Shown in pieces: positions 39,692-49,500 of a stretch of DNA of 64,000 bases. Numbering within the stretch: the first letter of the stretch is position 1; each line of letters opens with the position of its first letter. Under the pieces are notes generated by a model, which searched no databases, was not told where the DNA came from, and saw nothing but the letters and a program-made list of their open reading frames with translations. This DNA is from Oceanispirochaeta sp. (lineage in GTDB: Bacteria; Spirochaetota; Spirochaetia; DSM-2461): the NCBI GenBank assembly GCA_963663385.2, contig CAXXXD010000002.1:864001-928000 (forward strand), read 5' to 3'. The position numbers and the translations under genes are program-made.

Positions 39692-40846
39692 ATGGCTGTA
39701 ATGAGTTTTTCAATTCCCAGAAATGTTGCCTACGGCGAAGGGGCCATGCAGAACCTTGCTGGTCTGAAAGGAAAAAAGGCCGCTATTGTAACCGGCGGCA
39801 GTTCCATGAAGAAATTCGGTTTTCTTGATCAGGCTGACAAGCTCCTGAAAGAAGCCGGAATGGAAACCATCCTGATTGAAGGTGTAGAGCCTAACCCTTC
39901 GGTAAAAACAGTAAAGAAAGGGGCAGAGGCCATGCTGGCTTTCGAACCGGACTGGATTGTTGCCATCGGCGGCGGATCTGCTCTGGACGCGGCAAAGGTT
40001 ATGTGGTGTTTTTACGAACATCCCCAGCTCTCCTTTGAAGATATAATAGAGCCCGGTTCCATGCCCGGTCTGAGAAACAAGGCAAAATTCATAGCCATTC
40101 CCTCAACCAGCGGAACAGCTTCCGAGATTACAGCCTTCTCTGTAATCACCGATACGGAGAATCATATCAAGTATCCTATCGTTGCGGCTGATATGGTGCC
40201 CGATCTGGCTATCCTGGATCCTGCGCTTCCTGCCAAAATGCCCGCCCATATTACAGCAAATACCGGTATGGATGTTCTGGCGCACGCTACAGAAGCTGTT
40301 GCTTCCACTGCTTCAACCTGTTTTACCGAACCTTATGCCATGGAAGCCATCAAGCTGGTTCTGGAAAATCTTCCAAAGGCATATGCCGATGCGGACGATA
40401 TGGATGCCCGCTACAATATGCACAATGCTTCCGCTCTGGCCGGTATGGCTTTTACCAATGCCTCTCTGGGCCTTGTTCACTCTCTGGCGCATAAAATCGG
40501 AGGAGAGTTCGGTGTCACCCACGGTCTGGCCAATGCCATCCTGATGCCCTACATCATTGATTTCAACAGAAAATCCTCTGACAAGTATGCCATGGTGGAA
40601 AAAGCACTGGGCCTTGATGACCTGGCTGAGTCTGTAAGGGAACTGAACAGGAAGCTGAATATTCCCGCAACTTTCAAGGACTGTGATGAAGTAGACTTTA
40701 ACGAAGTAAAGTTCCTTAAGGTCCTGGATAGAATGAGTACAAACGCCCATGGCGACCCCTGTACCCTGACCAATCCCGGTGCGCCCACTGTTGCCGACGT
40801 AAAAGCTATTTACGAAGCGGCCTACTACGGGAAGAGCATGAAATAG
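39692..40846 (+). CDS. Iron-containing alcohol dehydrogenase (clostridial Adh-like)
   Basis: AIGGGSALDAAK, PSTSGTASE, DVLAH, HSLAHK and HGLANA. Confidence 0.93.
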   Translation: MAVMSFSIPRNVAYGEGAMQNLAGLKGKKAAIVTGGSSMKKFGFLDQADKLLKEAGMETILIEGVEPNPSVKTVKKGAEAMLAFEPDWIVAIGGGSALDAAKVMWCFYEHPQLSFEDIIEPGSMPGLRNKAKFIAIPSTSGTASEITAFSVITDTENHIKYPIVAADMVPDLAILDPALPAKMPAHITANTGMDVLAHATEAVASTASTCFTEPYAMEAIKLVLENLPKAYADADDMDARYNMHNASALAGMAFTNASLGLVHSLAHKIGGEFGVTHGLANAILMPYIIDFNRKSSDKYAMVEKALGLDDLAESVRELNRKLNIPATFKDCDEVDFNEVKFLKVLDRMSTNAHGDPCTLTNPGAPTVADVKAIYEAAYYGKSMK

Positions 40847-40903
40847 TTTTTGATAACGGGACCCTGATCTGATCCTTGTTTCCTAATCCCGTTTTAAAAT
40901 ACC

Positions 40904-40934
40904 GGCCGTATCACATGCTGATACGGCCTTTTCT
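40904..40934 (+). terminator. Rho-independent terminator
   Basis: GGCCGTATCA-CATGC-TGATACGGCC followed by TTTT. Confidence 0.8.
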
Positions 40935-41059
40935 GCTTTTATGGAAAAAGATTTTGTCTGGGAGGGGAGGCTCTAATAAACAAAAGATACTGCTGTTTAT
41001 TAGAAATTGAGATTGTTAATATCTCTATGCATCTCCTCTGCCCCGAACATTCATACCTG

Positions 41060-41797
41060 CTAGAATCCATGTTTCTCCATGATGTCATCCAGTGTCCCAT
41101 CCATTTCCATGGCATCCAGACCATCATTGAAATCATCTGCGAGAGTTTGGGCATTGGGGAGTTGCTTGGGAAAGCAGAGAAAAAGATCATGCTGAGCAAG
41201 AACCTTTACCATTTCTATTTGGGAGATATCAAGCCCATATTTCCTTGACTGATATTCGACAACTAATTTATCGCTAAAAAACAAATCGATCCTTTTCGCC
41301 AGGAGTTTTCGGATATTCTGCAGGTCTGAAGTTACTTCCTGCTTATCAAGATACTCCGCATTATCAAACTCTTCCTCATTGGTATAACCACGAACCACTC
41401 CTATCTGAAATTCAGAGAGTTCTTCAAGAGAATTAAACCTAATATTATCAGAAACCAGAGCAAACAGTCCGGCCGGACCTCCAGGAAAAGGGTTGGAAAC
41501 TATATATTTTTCATTCAACCCGGGAGAATAATATTCCGGTCCATAGGAATCGACTTGTCCCTCTTCTGCAAGAGAGACAACTCTAGCCCATGGCAAAAAA
41601 AGGAAAAATGTCTGGTAGCCGCTGCGTGAAAAAGCTTCAGTTATCAGTTCTCCTACATATCCATATCCTTCAAGTTCCCGGCTGATATAAGGTTGCCAAT
41701 CCAGAGTAGCAATGCTCACACGCTGCTGTGCTGTAATGGGAAATCTCAGAACGCAGCAAAAAAGGAGTATAAAAGCAACCCGTTTATAATCATTCAT
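41060..41797 (-). CDS. Family 3 solute-binding protein (orphan)
   Basis: Signal peptide; DWQPY, LPWARV, IGVVRGY and KRID. Confidence 0.85.
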   Translation of the reverse strand: MNDYKRVAFILLFCCVLRFPITAQQRVSIATLDWQPYISRELEGYGYVGELITEAFSRSGYQTFFLFLPWARVVSLAEEGQVDSYGPEYYSPGLNEKYIVSNPFPGGPAGLFALVSDNIRFNSLEELSEFQIGVVRGYTNEEEFDNAEYLDKQEVTSDLQNIRKLLAKRIDLFFSDKLVVEYQSRKYGLDISQIEMVKVLAQHDLFLCFPKQLPNAQTLADDFNDGLDAMEMDGTLDDIMEKHGF

Positions 41798-41947
41798 CTC
41801 CCGTCTCCAGGGTCGAAAGATCTCAAGTCTGAAATAATATTCATGATACTACATCATAAATGTCTTCCTACTTATAGTATAATTGATGTTGAATTATCCT
41901 GCCTTGATTTCCCGGGGTGCTTTTCTGATCAATAGACTTCCGTTCTG

Positions 41948-42796
41948 TCAGATCAATCTGATGCCCTTCTCTTCCATGGTTATCTTTTTTTCCCGGTACA
42001 GTCCGCCCACTGTTTTTTTAAAGATCTTCTTGCTCATCATCAGAGTCTCTCTAATCTCATCGGGGCTGCTTTTGTCATGAAGAGGGAGGAACCCGCCGGC
42101 TTCCTCCAGAGCCTTCAGTATAACCGAGCGGGCGTCATCTGTGGATTCCCGGAATCCCTGGCGTCTCAGGGAGGCATCGATCAGGCCGTCTTCCCGTATT
42201 CTTTTAACGTAAGCCGTCCGCCGGTCTCCCACTTTGAGTTCTTCAAATACCTCGTTCCGGTAGAGGAGCCCCCTGTATCTGTTATCCAGGATAACCCGGA
42301 TCCCTGCCTCATTGAATCCGAAGACAAGGCAGTCCATCTTCTGGTTCTCTTTAAGAGAAGAGGTATCTTCCTCGAAAAACTCATCGAATTTTCCAGTGCC
42401 GATTACACCGATGCCGTCAAAATCGGGGATCAGATGAACAACCGCCGTATCTCCCACGTTCAGTTCCTTTCGGAGAAGTTTGGCGGGAACATAAAGGTCT
42501 TTTTTGATTCCCCAGTCAAGGAACACCCCGAAATCCGTTACAGAGATAACTTCCAGAGCGGCAAATTCTCCCAGACAGGCTTTTGCCTTCCGGGTTGTGG
42601 CCTTTAAACCGTCTTTCCCATCCTGAAAGATAAATACTTCGATCTCGGTACCAGGCTTCAGCTTTTCCGGAGCTTCTGCCGCATGAAGGGGGATCCTTTC
42701 TCCGTATCCGTCTAGCAGATAGTACTGACCTGTATAGCGTTTTACTTTTAATGTGTAATACCGACCGGAAATAATCGGATCTTTTTCGTTTTCCAT
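41948..42796 (-). CDS. cvfB: CvfB/YitL-family S1 RNA-binding protein
   Basis: FLDWGIKKDL, GLLYRNE and DKSSPDEI...SKKIFKKTVGGLY. Confidence 0.88.
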   Translation of the reverse strand: MENEKDPIISGRYYTLKVKRYTGQYYLLDGYGERIPLHAAEAPEKLKPGTEIEVFIFQDGKDGLKATTRKAKACLGEFAALEVISVTDFGVFLDWGIKKDLYVPAKLLRKELNVGDTAVVHLIPDFDGIGVIGTGKFDEFFEEDTSSLKENQKMDCLVFGFNEAGIRVILDNRYRGLLYRNEVFEELKVGDRRTAYVKRIREDGLIDASLRRQGFRESTDDARSVILKALEEAGGFLPLHDKSSPDEIRETLMMSKKIFKKTVGGLYREKKITMEEKGIRLI

Positions 42797-42879
42797 AAGG
42801 TATCAAGTATAATCTTTCTGTTTCGTTTTGTCACTTCCGGAAGTATTTCATAAATGCGGGAATCGGGTAATTGAAAAAA

Positions 42880-42897
42880 GTGAAAAAAAATTTTATT
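42880..42897 (+). promoter_or_regulatory. Candidate MurR/RpiR operator upstream of murQ
   Basis: GTGAAA-N5-TTTTATT; the same motif occurs at 46158-46175 (minus), 46191-46207 and 52010-52027. Confidence 0.55.
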
Positions 42898-42949
42898 TTT
42901 TCTTTACTCATGTGAAAAATAATTTAAAATCAGATCAAAGGATAAAAAA

Positions 42950-43855
42950 ATGGATGAGTTATCAGGACTGATTACGGAACAACCCAATCCGGCCTCTGCC
43001 GGAATCGATACAAAAAGCAGCAGGGAAATTCTGGATATAATCTGCCAGGAGGATAAGAAGGTTCCCCTTGCAGTGGAGGAAAGCCTGGATCAGATCTCTC
43101 CTCTCATAGACAGGGTTGTCAGCCAATTCCGTCAGGGGGGGCGTCTTTTTTATATAGGAGCGGGAACATCCGGACGCCTCGGGGTGCTGGATGCCTCCGA
43201 GTGTCCTCCCACTTACGGGACAGATCCCGAGATGGTTCAGGGGATTATTGCGGGCGGACAGGAAGCTCTGACCCGTTCAGTCGAGTGGGCCGAAGATAAC
43301 GAAGAGAGCGGAAAGGACGCTCTGAAAGAGAGAGGATTCTGCAAAAAGGATGTTCTTGTGGGTATTACGGCCAGCGGCCAGGCGCCCTACGTTATAGGAG
43401 CCATGAAGTACGCCCGGTCTCTCGGCGCCGGAGTAGGGGCTCTGGGCTGTAATAAAAAGTCTCTTATATTCGACTATGCGGATTATCCCATCTATGTCCA
43501 TGTGGGGCCCGAGATCGTGGCCGGATCAACCCGGATGAAGTCCGGAACAGCCCAGAAGCTTGTTCTGAATATGATCACCACCGCATCCATGATACGCATG
43601 GGCAAGGTGTATAACAATCTGATGGTGGATCTCAAGCCGGTCAACAACAAGCTGATTATCCGTTCAAAAAGATTGATCCGGCTGGCCACGGAGTGCAGTG
43701 AAGAGAAGGCGGAGGAGGTGTTTGAACAGTCCGGCCGGCATGTAAAAACAGCCATTGTAATGGTGCTGCTGGATGTGAACAGAGAGGAAGCCCGCAGGCT
43801 CCTGGAACAGAGCGAAGGACGGGTGGGAACCGCTCTGGAAATAGCCGGGAAATAA
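42950..43855 (+). CDS. murQ: N-acetylmuramic acid 6-phosphate etherase
   Basis: GAGTSGRLGVLDASECPPTYG, GSTRMKSGTAQK and NLMVD. Confidence 0.97.
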   Translation: MDELSGLITEQPNPASAGIDTKSSREILDIICQEDKKVPLAVEESLDQISPLIDRVVSQFRQGGRLFYIGAGTSGRLGVLDASECPPTYGTDPEMVQGIIAGGQEALTRSVEWAEDNEESGKDALKERGFCKKDVLVGITASGQAPYVIGAMKYARSLGAGVGALGCNKKSLIFDYADYPIYVHVGPEIVAGSTRMKSGTAQKLVLNMITTASMIRMGKVYNNLMVDLKPVNNKLIIRSKRLIRLATECSEEKAEEVFEQSGRHVKTAIVMVLLDVNREEARRLLEQSEGRVGTALEIAGK

Positions 43856-43865
43856 GGTCCGGAAA

Positions 43866-44921
43866 TTAAAGAAAGAGGGGGTGGAAGGCTCTCCTGAAGG
43901 CTTTTATTTTTTCGGCGGTCTCCTCCCTGCCGAAGTGGACCCTGTTGGTCAGGGTTACGATTTTCAGTTCCCTTTCCGGATCGATCCAGATACTTGTTCC
44001 TGTAAAACCCGTATGCCCGTAGGAATTACCGGAAAATCCCTGTCCCGCAAAAATTTCAGGGCCGTTGCAGGCTGTTCCGTAAGCCCGGGGATCTCCCTCT
44101 ATTCCTGTAGTAAGATTCTGTGTCATCTTTTCCATAATCTCTTCCGGGAGAATCCGCTTTCCATTCAGTGTCCCCCTGTTCAGGAATACTTCGCATAGGG
44201 CGGACACGCTTTCCAGTGTTCCGAAGAGACCCGCATTGCCTGACACACCGCCCATGGTCCAGGCATTCTCATCATGTACCTCTCCCCGGATCCATCTTCC
44301 TCTCCAGGGATCAAACTCTTCACAAACGGCCCGTGAGCGCTGTTTTCCGACAGGATTAAACATCAGGTCCTTCAGCCCCGCTTTTTCACAGACAATCTGA
44401 TGAAACAGTTTGTCCAGAGGGGCGCCTCCGATTTTTTCGGCAACCAGGCCCAGCAGGATAAATCCTGTACAGCTGTAAACAACGGAATGACGGGGGGGCT
44501 GATGTGGTTTAATACCCAGAAGATGCTCTACAGCCTGCTCCCGGCTGCAGGAGTTGCCGTCCGGGAAGAGTTTGAACATTTCCGGGAGGGCAGGGAGTCC
44601 GGAAATATGAAGCAGGATGTCATGCAGTTTCAGCTCCGATGTGTCCTTTGATCTTGCAGGAAGAAAGACTCCCAGAGTCTTTTCTGTTGAAAGGCCTTCC
44701 TGTTCCAGCAGGTGGAGCAGCACAAGGCTGGTAGCAAGTGGCTTGGTAAGGGAGGCGAGCCCGAACAGGCTGTCTCTTTTCAGCTCTTCTCCCCCGTTCA
44801 GGAGGGATGCCTTTCCCCGTACACTCTGAAAGATGATCTTCCCTTTTTTCTCCACCTGTACGGCAATCCCCGGGAAGGTGTTCTCCGCCAGGGCCTCTGT
44901 TATGAGCTTGTCCGGATCCAT
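43866..44921 (-). CDS. Beta-lactamase-family serine hydrolase (AmiE-like)
   Basis: SxxK (ASLTK), YSC, GEVHDENA, GNAGLF and GHTGFTG; no signal peptide. Confidence 0.88.
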   Translation of the reverse strand: MDPDKLITEALAENTFPGIAVQVEKKGKIIFQSVRGKASLLNGGEELKRDSLFGLASLTKPLATSLVLLHLLEQEGLSTEKTLGVFLPARSKDTSELKLHDILLHISGLPALPEMFKLFPDGNSCSREQAVEHLLGIKPHQPPRHSVVYSCTGFILLGLVAEKIGGAPLDKLFHQIVCEKAGLKDLMFNPVGKQRSRAVCEEFDPWRGRWIRGEVHDENAWTMGGVSGNAGLFGTLESVSALCEVFLNRGTLNGKRILPEEIMEKMTQNLTTGIEGDPRAYGTACNGPEIFAGQGFSGNSYGHTGFTGTSIWIDPERELKIVTLTNRVHFGREETAEKIKAFRRAFHPLFL

Positions 44922-44935
44922 TGTTCTCTTTCCTT

Positions 44936-46117
44936 CTATGTTCTTTCCAGGATATTAAAAACCGTCAGGGGTTTGGACAGTTTTCCGCAAATGGCGGGAC
45001 CGGAAGCTCCGGTGGCAGCCGGGACATTGGAAGGAAGGTTCAGCATGTAGTAGAGTCCCATAAGCGCAAAGGCCGCCGCCTCTTTAAAGTCAGTTGGAAT
45101 CCCCGCTTCGTCTCCTGTCATAACCCGGGATGAGGGCAGTCCGGATTTAAGGGATTCCATAATTATGGGATTATGTGCCCCGCCTCCTGTTACAATCACA
45201 TTGTCGGGTACAGCAGGGAGCCATTTATTATAGCTGTAGATAATACTTTCGGCTGTAAACATAGCCGCTGTGCGGATCAGATCTTCATAGGATACATCAT
45301 CAGGCATAGGGTAGTCCTGAAAAAAACGGTCTCCGAACAGTTCCCGACCTGTGGATTTGGGCGGTTGAATTCTGAAGTAGGGATGACCCATCCAGCATGA
45401 CAGAAGCTTGTGGTTAACCCGTCCCCTCAGGCCGATGAGGCCGCCCCTGTCATAGTGCTGCTCACCTGAACTATGCTGCTCAACCAGTATGTCCAGAATC
45501 ATATTGCCGGGACCGGTATCGAAGGCAATCAGTCCGCTGTCCCCTTCAGCAGGAATAAAGCCGACATTACCGATACCTCCGATATTCTGGAAGGCTGAGC
45601 TGCCTTCGAACCCCCTGGCCAGAATGGCATCAAGCAGGGGAACAAAGGGCGCGCCGCCGCCTCCTGCTGCCATATCGGCCGGACGGAAATCGCTTACTGT
45701 GGGTATTCCGGTTTTCCGGGCTATGACCGAACCTTCCCCGATCTGCAGGGTTCCCGCCTGAGGGGCGCCCAGGTACTCCTCAGGCTGCCCGATGTGGTGA
45801 ATCGTCTGGCCATGGGAGCCGATAACGCTTACCTCTGCCGCCTTTGTCCCTGTTTCTTCAAGGAGCCTGTTAACACAGTCCCCGTACACCTCGCCCAAAC
45901 GCATGTTCAGCAGGGTCAAACGGGGGAGCAGGTCTTTGCATCCGGCCGTTACATCCAGTATCTCCTGTCTCAGGGTTCCGGTAAACGGGTAGGTTCTGGC
46001 CGCAATAGTGTCCAGACCGACTCTTTTCCCGTCCATGGAAATTCGGAAGAGTCCCGTATCTATCCCATCTACTGAAGTTCCCGACATGAGGCCTATGGCC
46101 AGGTATTCCTTTTTCAT
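44936..46117 (-). CDS. anmK: Anhydro-N-acetylmuramic acid kinase
   Basis: GLMSGTSVDGID, GSHGQT, DFR..D.AAGG.GAP, NIGGI, DTGPGN and KSTGRE. Confidence 0.95.
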   Translation of the reverse strand: MKKEYLAIGLMSGTSVDGIDTGLFRISMDGKRVGLDTIAARTYPFTGTLRQEILDVTAGCKDLLPRLTLLNMRLGEVYGDCVNRLLEETGTKAAEVSVIGSHGQTIHHIGQPEEYLGAPQAGTLQIGEGSVIARKTGIPTVSDFRPADMAAGGGGAPFVPLLDAILARGFEGSSAFQNIGGIGNVGFIPAEGDSGLIAFDTGPGNMILDILVEQHSSGEQHYDRGGLIGLRGRVNHKLLSCWMGHPYFRIQPPKSTGRELFGDRFFQDYPMPDDVSYEDLIRTAAMFTAESIIYSYNKWLPAVPDNVIVTGGGAHNPIIMESLKSGLPSSRVMTGDEAGIPTDFKEAAAFALMGLYYMLNLPSNVPAATGASGPAICGKLSKPLTVFNILERT

Positions 46118-46157
46118 GAGAATATTATGATTGTGTTGGAACGGCTTGTCAAAAGGA

Positions 46158-46234
46158 AATAAAAAAATATTTCACTCATATTGTCTTTCTGTGAAAAATA
46201 TTTTATTGACGTGAATAATGATGGATCGTATACT
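46158..46234. promoter_or_regulatory. ABC operon promoter with two operator-like motifs
   Basis: TTGACG(46206)-N17-TATACT on +; two GTGAAA...TTTTATT copies in opposite orientations; the divergent anmK promoter lies just to the left. Confidence 0.7.
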
Positions 46235-46257
46235 CTCATATTATTGGAGGAAAAATC

Positions 46258-47487
46258 ATGAAAAAACTGACAGGATTCCTATTGCTGGTTCTACTGACCT
46301 GTTCCATGGTCTTTGCCGGCGGCGCTCAGGAAGAAGAAGTGCCTGAAAAACTCGTCTACCTGACAGCCAGCTGGGGAGCCCCTTCCCAGGAGCTGCTGGA
46401 TAAATATGAAGCGGAAACCGGCATCAAGGTTGAAGTCTCTTCGTTAAAGGAAGCAGATTTGAGAAATAAAGTAATGTCTGCCGCAGCGGGGAAAACCAGT
46501 CCCGCGGATATTATTTTTACCGGAATCAGCAACTTCGGCGTTTTTGGTCACTCCGGGATTCTGAAACCTCTGGATGACTTTGTTTCCGCTGAAACTTTTG
46601 ACAGTGTTATGGGCCGTCAGTTTTTTCAGATTGACGGAGAAACCTACTGCGTCCCCATGTATCAGCAGATGGTCATGATCGACTATGACAAGGGTTCCCT
46701 CGGAAAAATCGGACTGGACGGCAAGGATATCAAAACCTGGGATGATTTTGAAAACGCCGCACTGAAACTGAAAGCGGAGGGCATCCTGGAATATCCCCTG
46801 GCTTTTGCCGTTCGTCACTGGTCCTGGTATCTGATGGCCCTTTCCCAGGGGAGCACTCTTTTTGATGCCGATGGCAATCCCACCTTTGATGATCCTTCCG
46901 ATCCCGGATACGGCGCTTTCATACAGCTGATCCGCTACTTCGAAGAGGGACTCATTTCTCCCGAAAGACTGACCTCTCCCAATGCCCATCCTTCTTTCTG
47001 GGCCGGACAGGCTGTTTTTCATCAGGCATGGCAGGGCTCTCTGGCCATTGCCAACAACCCGGAGAAATCCAGGATTGCCCCCCATGCGGACTACCTGCTC
47101 CTTCCCGACCAGCACTACACATGGAGCCTCCCCGCCGGTCTGGGTATTTCCGCCTATTCCAAATACCCCAAAGCCTCTCTTCAGTTTATCGAGTTTATGA
47201 TCTCTGAAGAGGTTCAGAACTTCGGATATGAGGCCAACGGTATGTTCCCGGCCCTGACCAGCCTTTTTCAGGACCTTGGCAACAGCGGAAAAATCGAGGG
47301 ATGGGAAGTCATGTCCGAACAGGCAGACTACCTTGTGCCCCTGCCGTATAACACCCCCTGGTTCGCCGAGTTCGAGACAGAACTGAAGGATGTGCTGATC
47401 CGTGTGGCAAGAGAAGAAGTGACTGCGGAGGATGCTATTAAAAACCTGGCTGATTTCCAGAGAACACTGAAAGCCGAATACGAGTAA
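46258..47487 (+). CDS. CUT1 carbohydrate ABC substrate-binding protein
   Basis: Signal peptide with FAGGAQEE; ETGIKV; DGETYCVP. Confidence 0.9.
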   Translation: MKKLTGFLLLVLLTCSMVFAGGAQEEEVPEKLVYLTASWGAPSQELLDKYEAETGIKVEVSSLKEADLRNKVMSAAAGKTSPADIIFTGISNFGVFGHSGILKPLDDFVSAETFDSVMGRQFFQIDGETYCVPMYQQMVMIDYDKGSLGKIGLDGKDIKTWDDFENAALKLKAEGILEYPLAFAVRHWSWYLMALSQGSTLFDADGNPTFDDPSDPGYGAFIQLIRYFEEGLISPERLTSPNAHPSFWAGQAVFHQAWQGSLAIANNPEKSRIAPHADYLLLPDQHYTWSLPAGLGISAYSKYPKASLQFIEFMISEEVQNFGYEANGMFPALTSLFQDLGNSGKIEGWEVMSEQADYLVPLPYNTPWFAEFETELKDVLIRVAREEVTAEDAIKNLADFQRTLKAEYE

Positions 47488-47606
47488 GTGATTCGCCTGC
47501 GGGTTTGAATATCCCGGAGAAATTAAAAAAGCAGCGGGGCGATCCGATAAGAGAGTATCTTATGGGGGAGCCCCTTTTTTCAAGTTAATCGGAGGATGTA
47601 AAAAAA

Positions 47607-48497
47607 GTGATGAAAAAGTTTTCCAGGTGGCTGGACGACAGCACCCATCTGGCCATGGCGATTCTTATTCCGTCCATGCTCCTGCTGGTGGCCTTTGCCT
47701 ACCTGCCGGCGCTCTATTCCCTGCGCTTCAGTTTTCTGAAGTACAATATCAAGATGCCCAACAATATCCGTTTTAACGGATTGGACAACTATGTTCACAT
47801 TCTGAAGGATCCTGTTTTTATCAGTTCTGTAATTCGGGTCTCCTACTTTATGGTTTTCGGGACATTTATGGTTCTTGCCCTGTCCATGTTATTTGCCCAG
47901 GTCCTGAATCAGGAGTTCCGCGGCCGGGGATTTCTCCGGGCGGCGGTTATCATCCCCTGGGCCATCCCCCCGGTTGTTAACGGTCACCTCTGGAAATGGA
48001 TATTCAACGGGGAATACGGGGCATTCAACGGGCTTCTCTATCAGTTCGGGATTATAGACAGCTATCATTTCTGGCTGACAAATCCCGCAGTAGCCCTGAA
48101 CGTGGCCATTTTTATCTTTGTATGGCGTTATATTCCCTTTATTACCATACTCTTTCTGGGAGTTCTCCAGTCCATTCCGCCCGAGCTCTATGAGGCGGCC
48201 AGGGTGGACGGGGCCAATGCAGCCCGTCGTTTTTTCCATATTACCCTGGGGTCCATGAGACGGATCAGTGTGATTGCAATCGTTTTGACCCTGATTGCCG
48301 CTTTCTCCGTTTTTGACGGGATATATGCGCTGATGGAATTCGACGAGGCAACCAAAACTCCCATGATCTACAACTATCAGATGACCTTTGAAATGGGACG
48401 GTTCGGCCGGGGTTCCGCCATGGCGTACCTGGTGGGGCTCTTCCTTTTCGGTTTGACTTTCATCTATCTCCGGATGAGCCTGAAGGAGGACCGCTGA
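47607..48497 (+). CDS. CUT1 ABC permease (MalF-like)
   Basis: GLDNY, PWAIP and the EAA loop YEAARVDGA. Confidence 0.93.
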   Translation: MMKKFSRWLDDSTHLAMAILIPSMLLLVAFAYLPALYSLRFSFLKYNIKMPNNIRFNGLDNYVHILKDPVFISSVIRVSYFMVFGTFMVLALSMLFAQVLNQEFRGRGFLRAAVIIPWAIPPVVNGHLWKWIFNGEYGAFNGLLYQFGIIDSYHFWLTNPAVALNVAIFIFVWRYIPFITILFLGVLQSIPPELYEAARVDGANAARRFFHITLGSMRRISVIAIVLTLIAAFSVFDGIYALMEFDEATKTPMIYNYQMTFEMGRFGRGSAMAYLVGLFLFGLTFIYLRMSLKEDR

Positions 48498-49363
48498 TGA
48501 AAAAGCCTATGAGTTTCAAGGTCCTTCTGGGCTTTCTTATCCTCTTTATTCTGTTCTGGACTCTGGCGCCCCTTTTGTGGATTGCCATTTCGTCCATCTC
48601 TCCCCGGACGGAGCTGTATAATGTTCCTCCCCACTGGATTCCCCATGAACCTACTCTGGAAGCCTATGATAAAGTACTGATTTCCGGTGAAGGATTTCGG
48701 GGCGGAGGCGGAATCAGCGCGGCCAAACTGTTCCGGACGGGTATTGCCAACTCTCTGATAATTTCCCTGTCCACAACCGTGATGGTCATGTTCTTTGCAC
48801 CCCTTCTGGGGTATGCCTTTTCAAGGCTGCATTTTAAGGGAAAAAATCTCTTTTTTATGGCGATTATCGGAATCATCGCCCTGCCTGGCTGGCCTGTATT
48901 GATCGGACTGTTCAGCCAGTTCAGCATGATGGGGCTGCTGGATACAAAATGGGGATTGATCCTGCTCTCCTTTACCTTCCGTCTGCCCTTTGAAACCTGG
49001 TTTATGAAGGGGTATTTTGAATCGGTTCCCCAGGAAGTGGAGGATGCCGCCCGTATAGACGGCTGTACCCATGTGGAGACCCTCTTCCGGATCAGTCTGC
49101 AGATGGTAATGCCCGGGCTGATTGCGGTCACCATTATCTCCTTTCTGCACACCTGGAATATGTTTGCGGCCCCCCTGGTCCTGACCTACACCCTCAAGTC
49201 CAAACCCTTAACGGTAACAATGACCGAGTTTATAGGTCAGTACTATGTGCATTGGGATCTGATGTCCGCGGCTACCATCCTGGCCATTATCCCTCCGGTT
49301 CTGATCGTCGTTATCTTTCAGAAATATATTATCCGGGGACTTTCCGCCGGAGCAATCAAGTAG
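48497..49363 (+). CDS. CUT1 ABC permease (MalG-like)
   Basis: EDAARIDGC and C-terminal FQKYIIRGLSAGAIK. Confidence 0.93.
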   Translation: MKKPMSFKVLLGFLILFILFWTLAPLLWIAISSISPRTELYNVPPHWIPHEPTLEAYDKVLISGEGFRGGGGISAAKLFRTGIANSLIISLSTTVMVMFFAPLLGYAFSRLHFKGKNLFFMAIIGIIALPGWPVLIGLFSQFSMMGLLDTKWGLILLSFTFRLPFETWFMKGYFESVPQEVEDAARIDGCTHVETLFRISLQMVMPGLIAVTIISFLHTWNMFAAPLVLTYTLKSKPLTVTMTEFIGQYYVHWDLMSAATILAIIPPVLIVVIFQKYIIRGLSAGAIK

Positions 49364-49374
49364 CCTGTTTCTCT

Positions 49375-49495
49375 CCCCCTCGGCTCCGCTTGGGAGCAGG
49401 GGGGACTGGCTGATTAAAAATGTTTTGTATTTCTCTACGAAGGAGAAAAACAATACAGATTCCCCCTCCTTGAGGAGGGGGCCAGGGGGAGGTCT
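49375..49495. repeat. Composite of two REP-like palindromic repeats (copy B)
   Basis: 49375-49394 resembles 35343-35362; 49435-49495 resembles 26981-27040; located between convergent genes. Confidence 0.75.
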
Positions 49496-49500
49496 AGGGA

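Noticed and set aside
43866..44921. Antibiotic-resistance beta-lactamase call
   Set aside because: No signal peptide, and the anmK/murQ/nagZ context points to a recycling hydrolase.
26981..49495. CRISPR interpretation of the 36-bp palindromic repeats
   Set aside because: The copies are isolated about 22 kb apart, with no repeat-spacer array and no cas genes.
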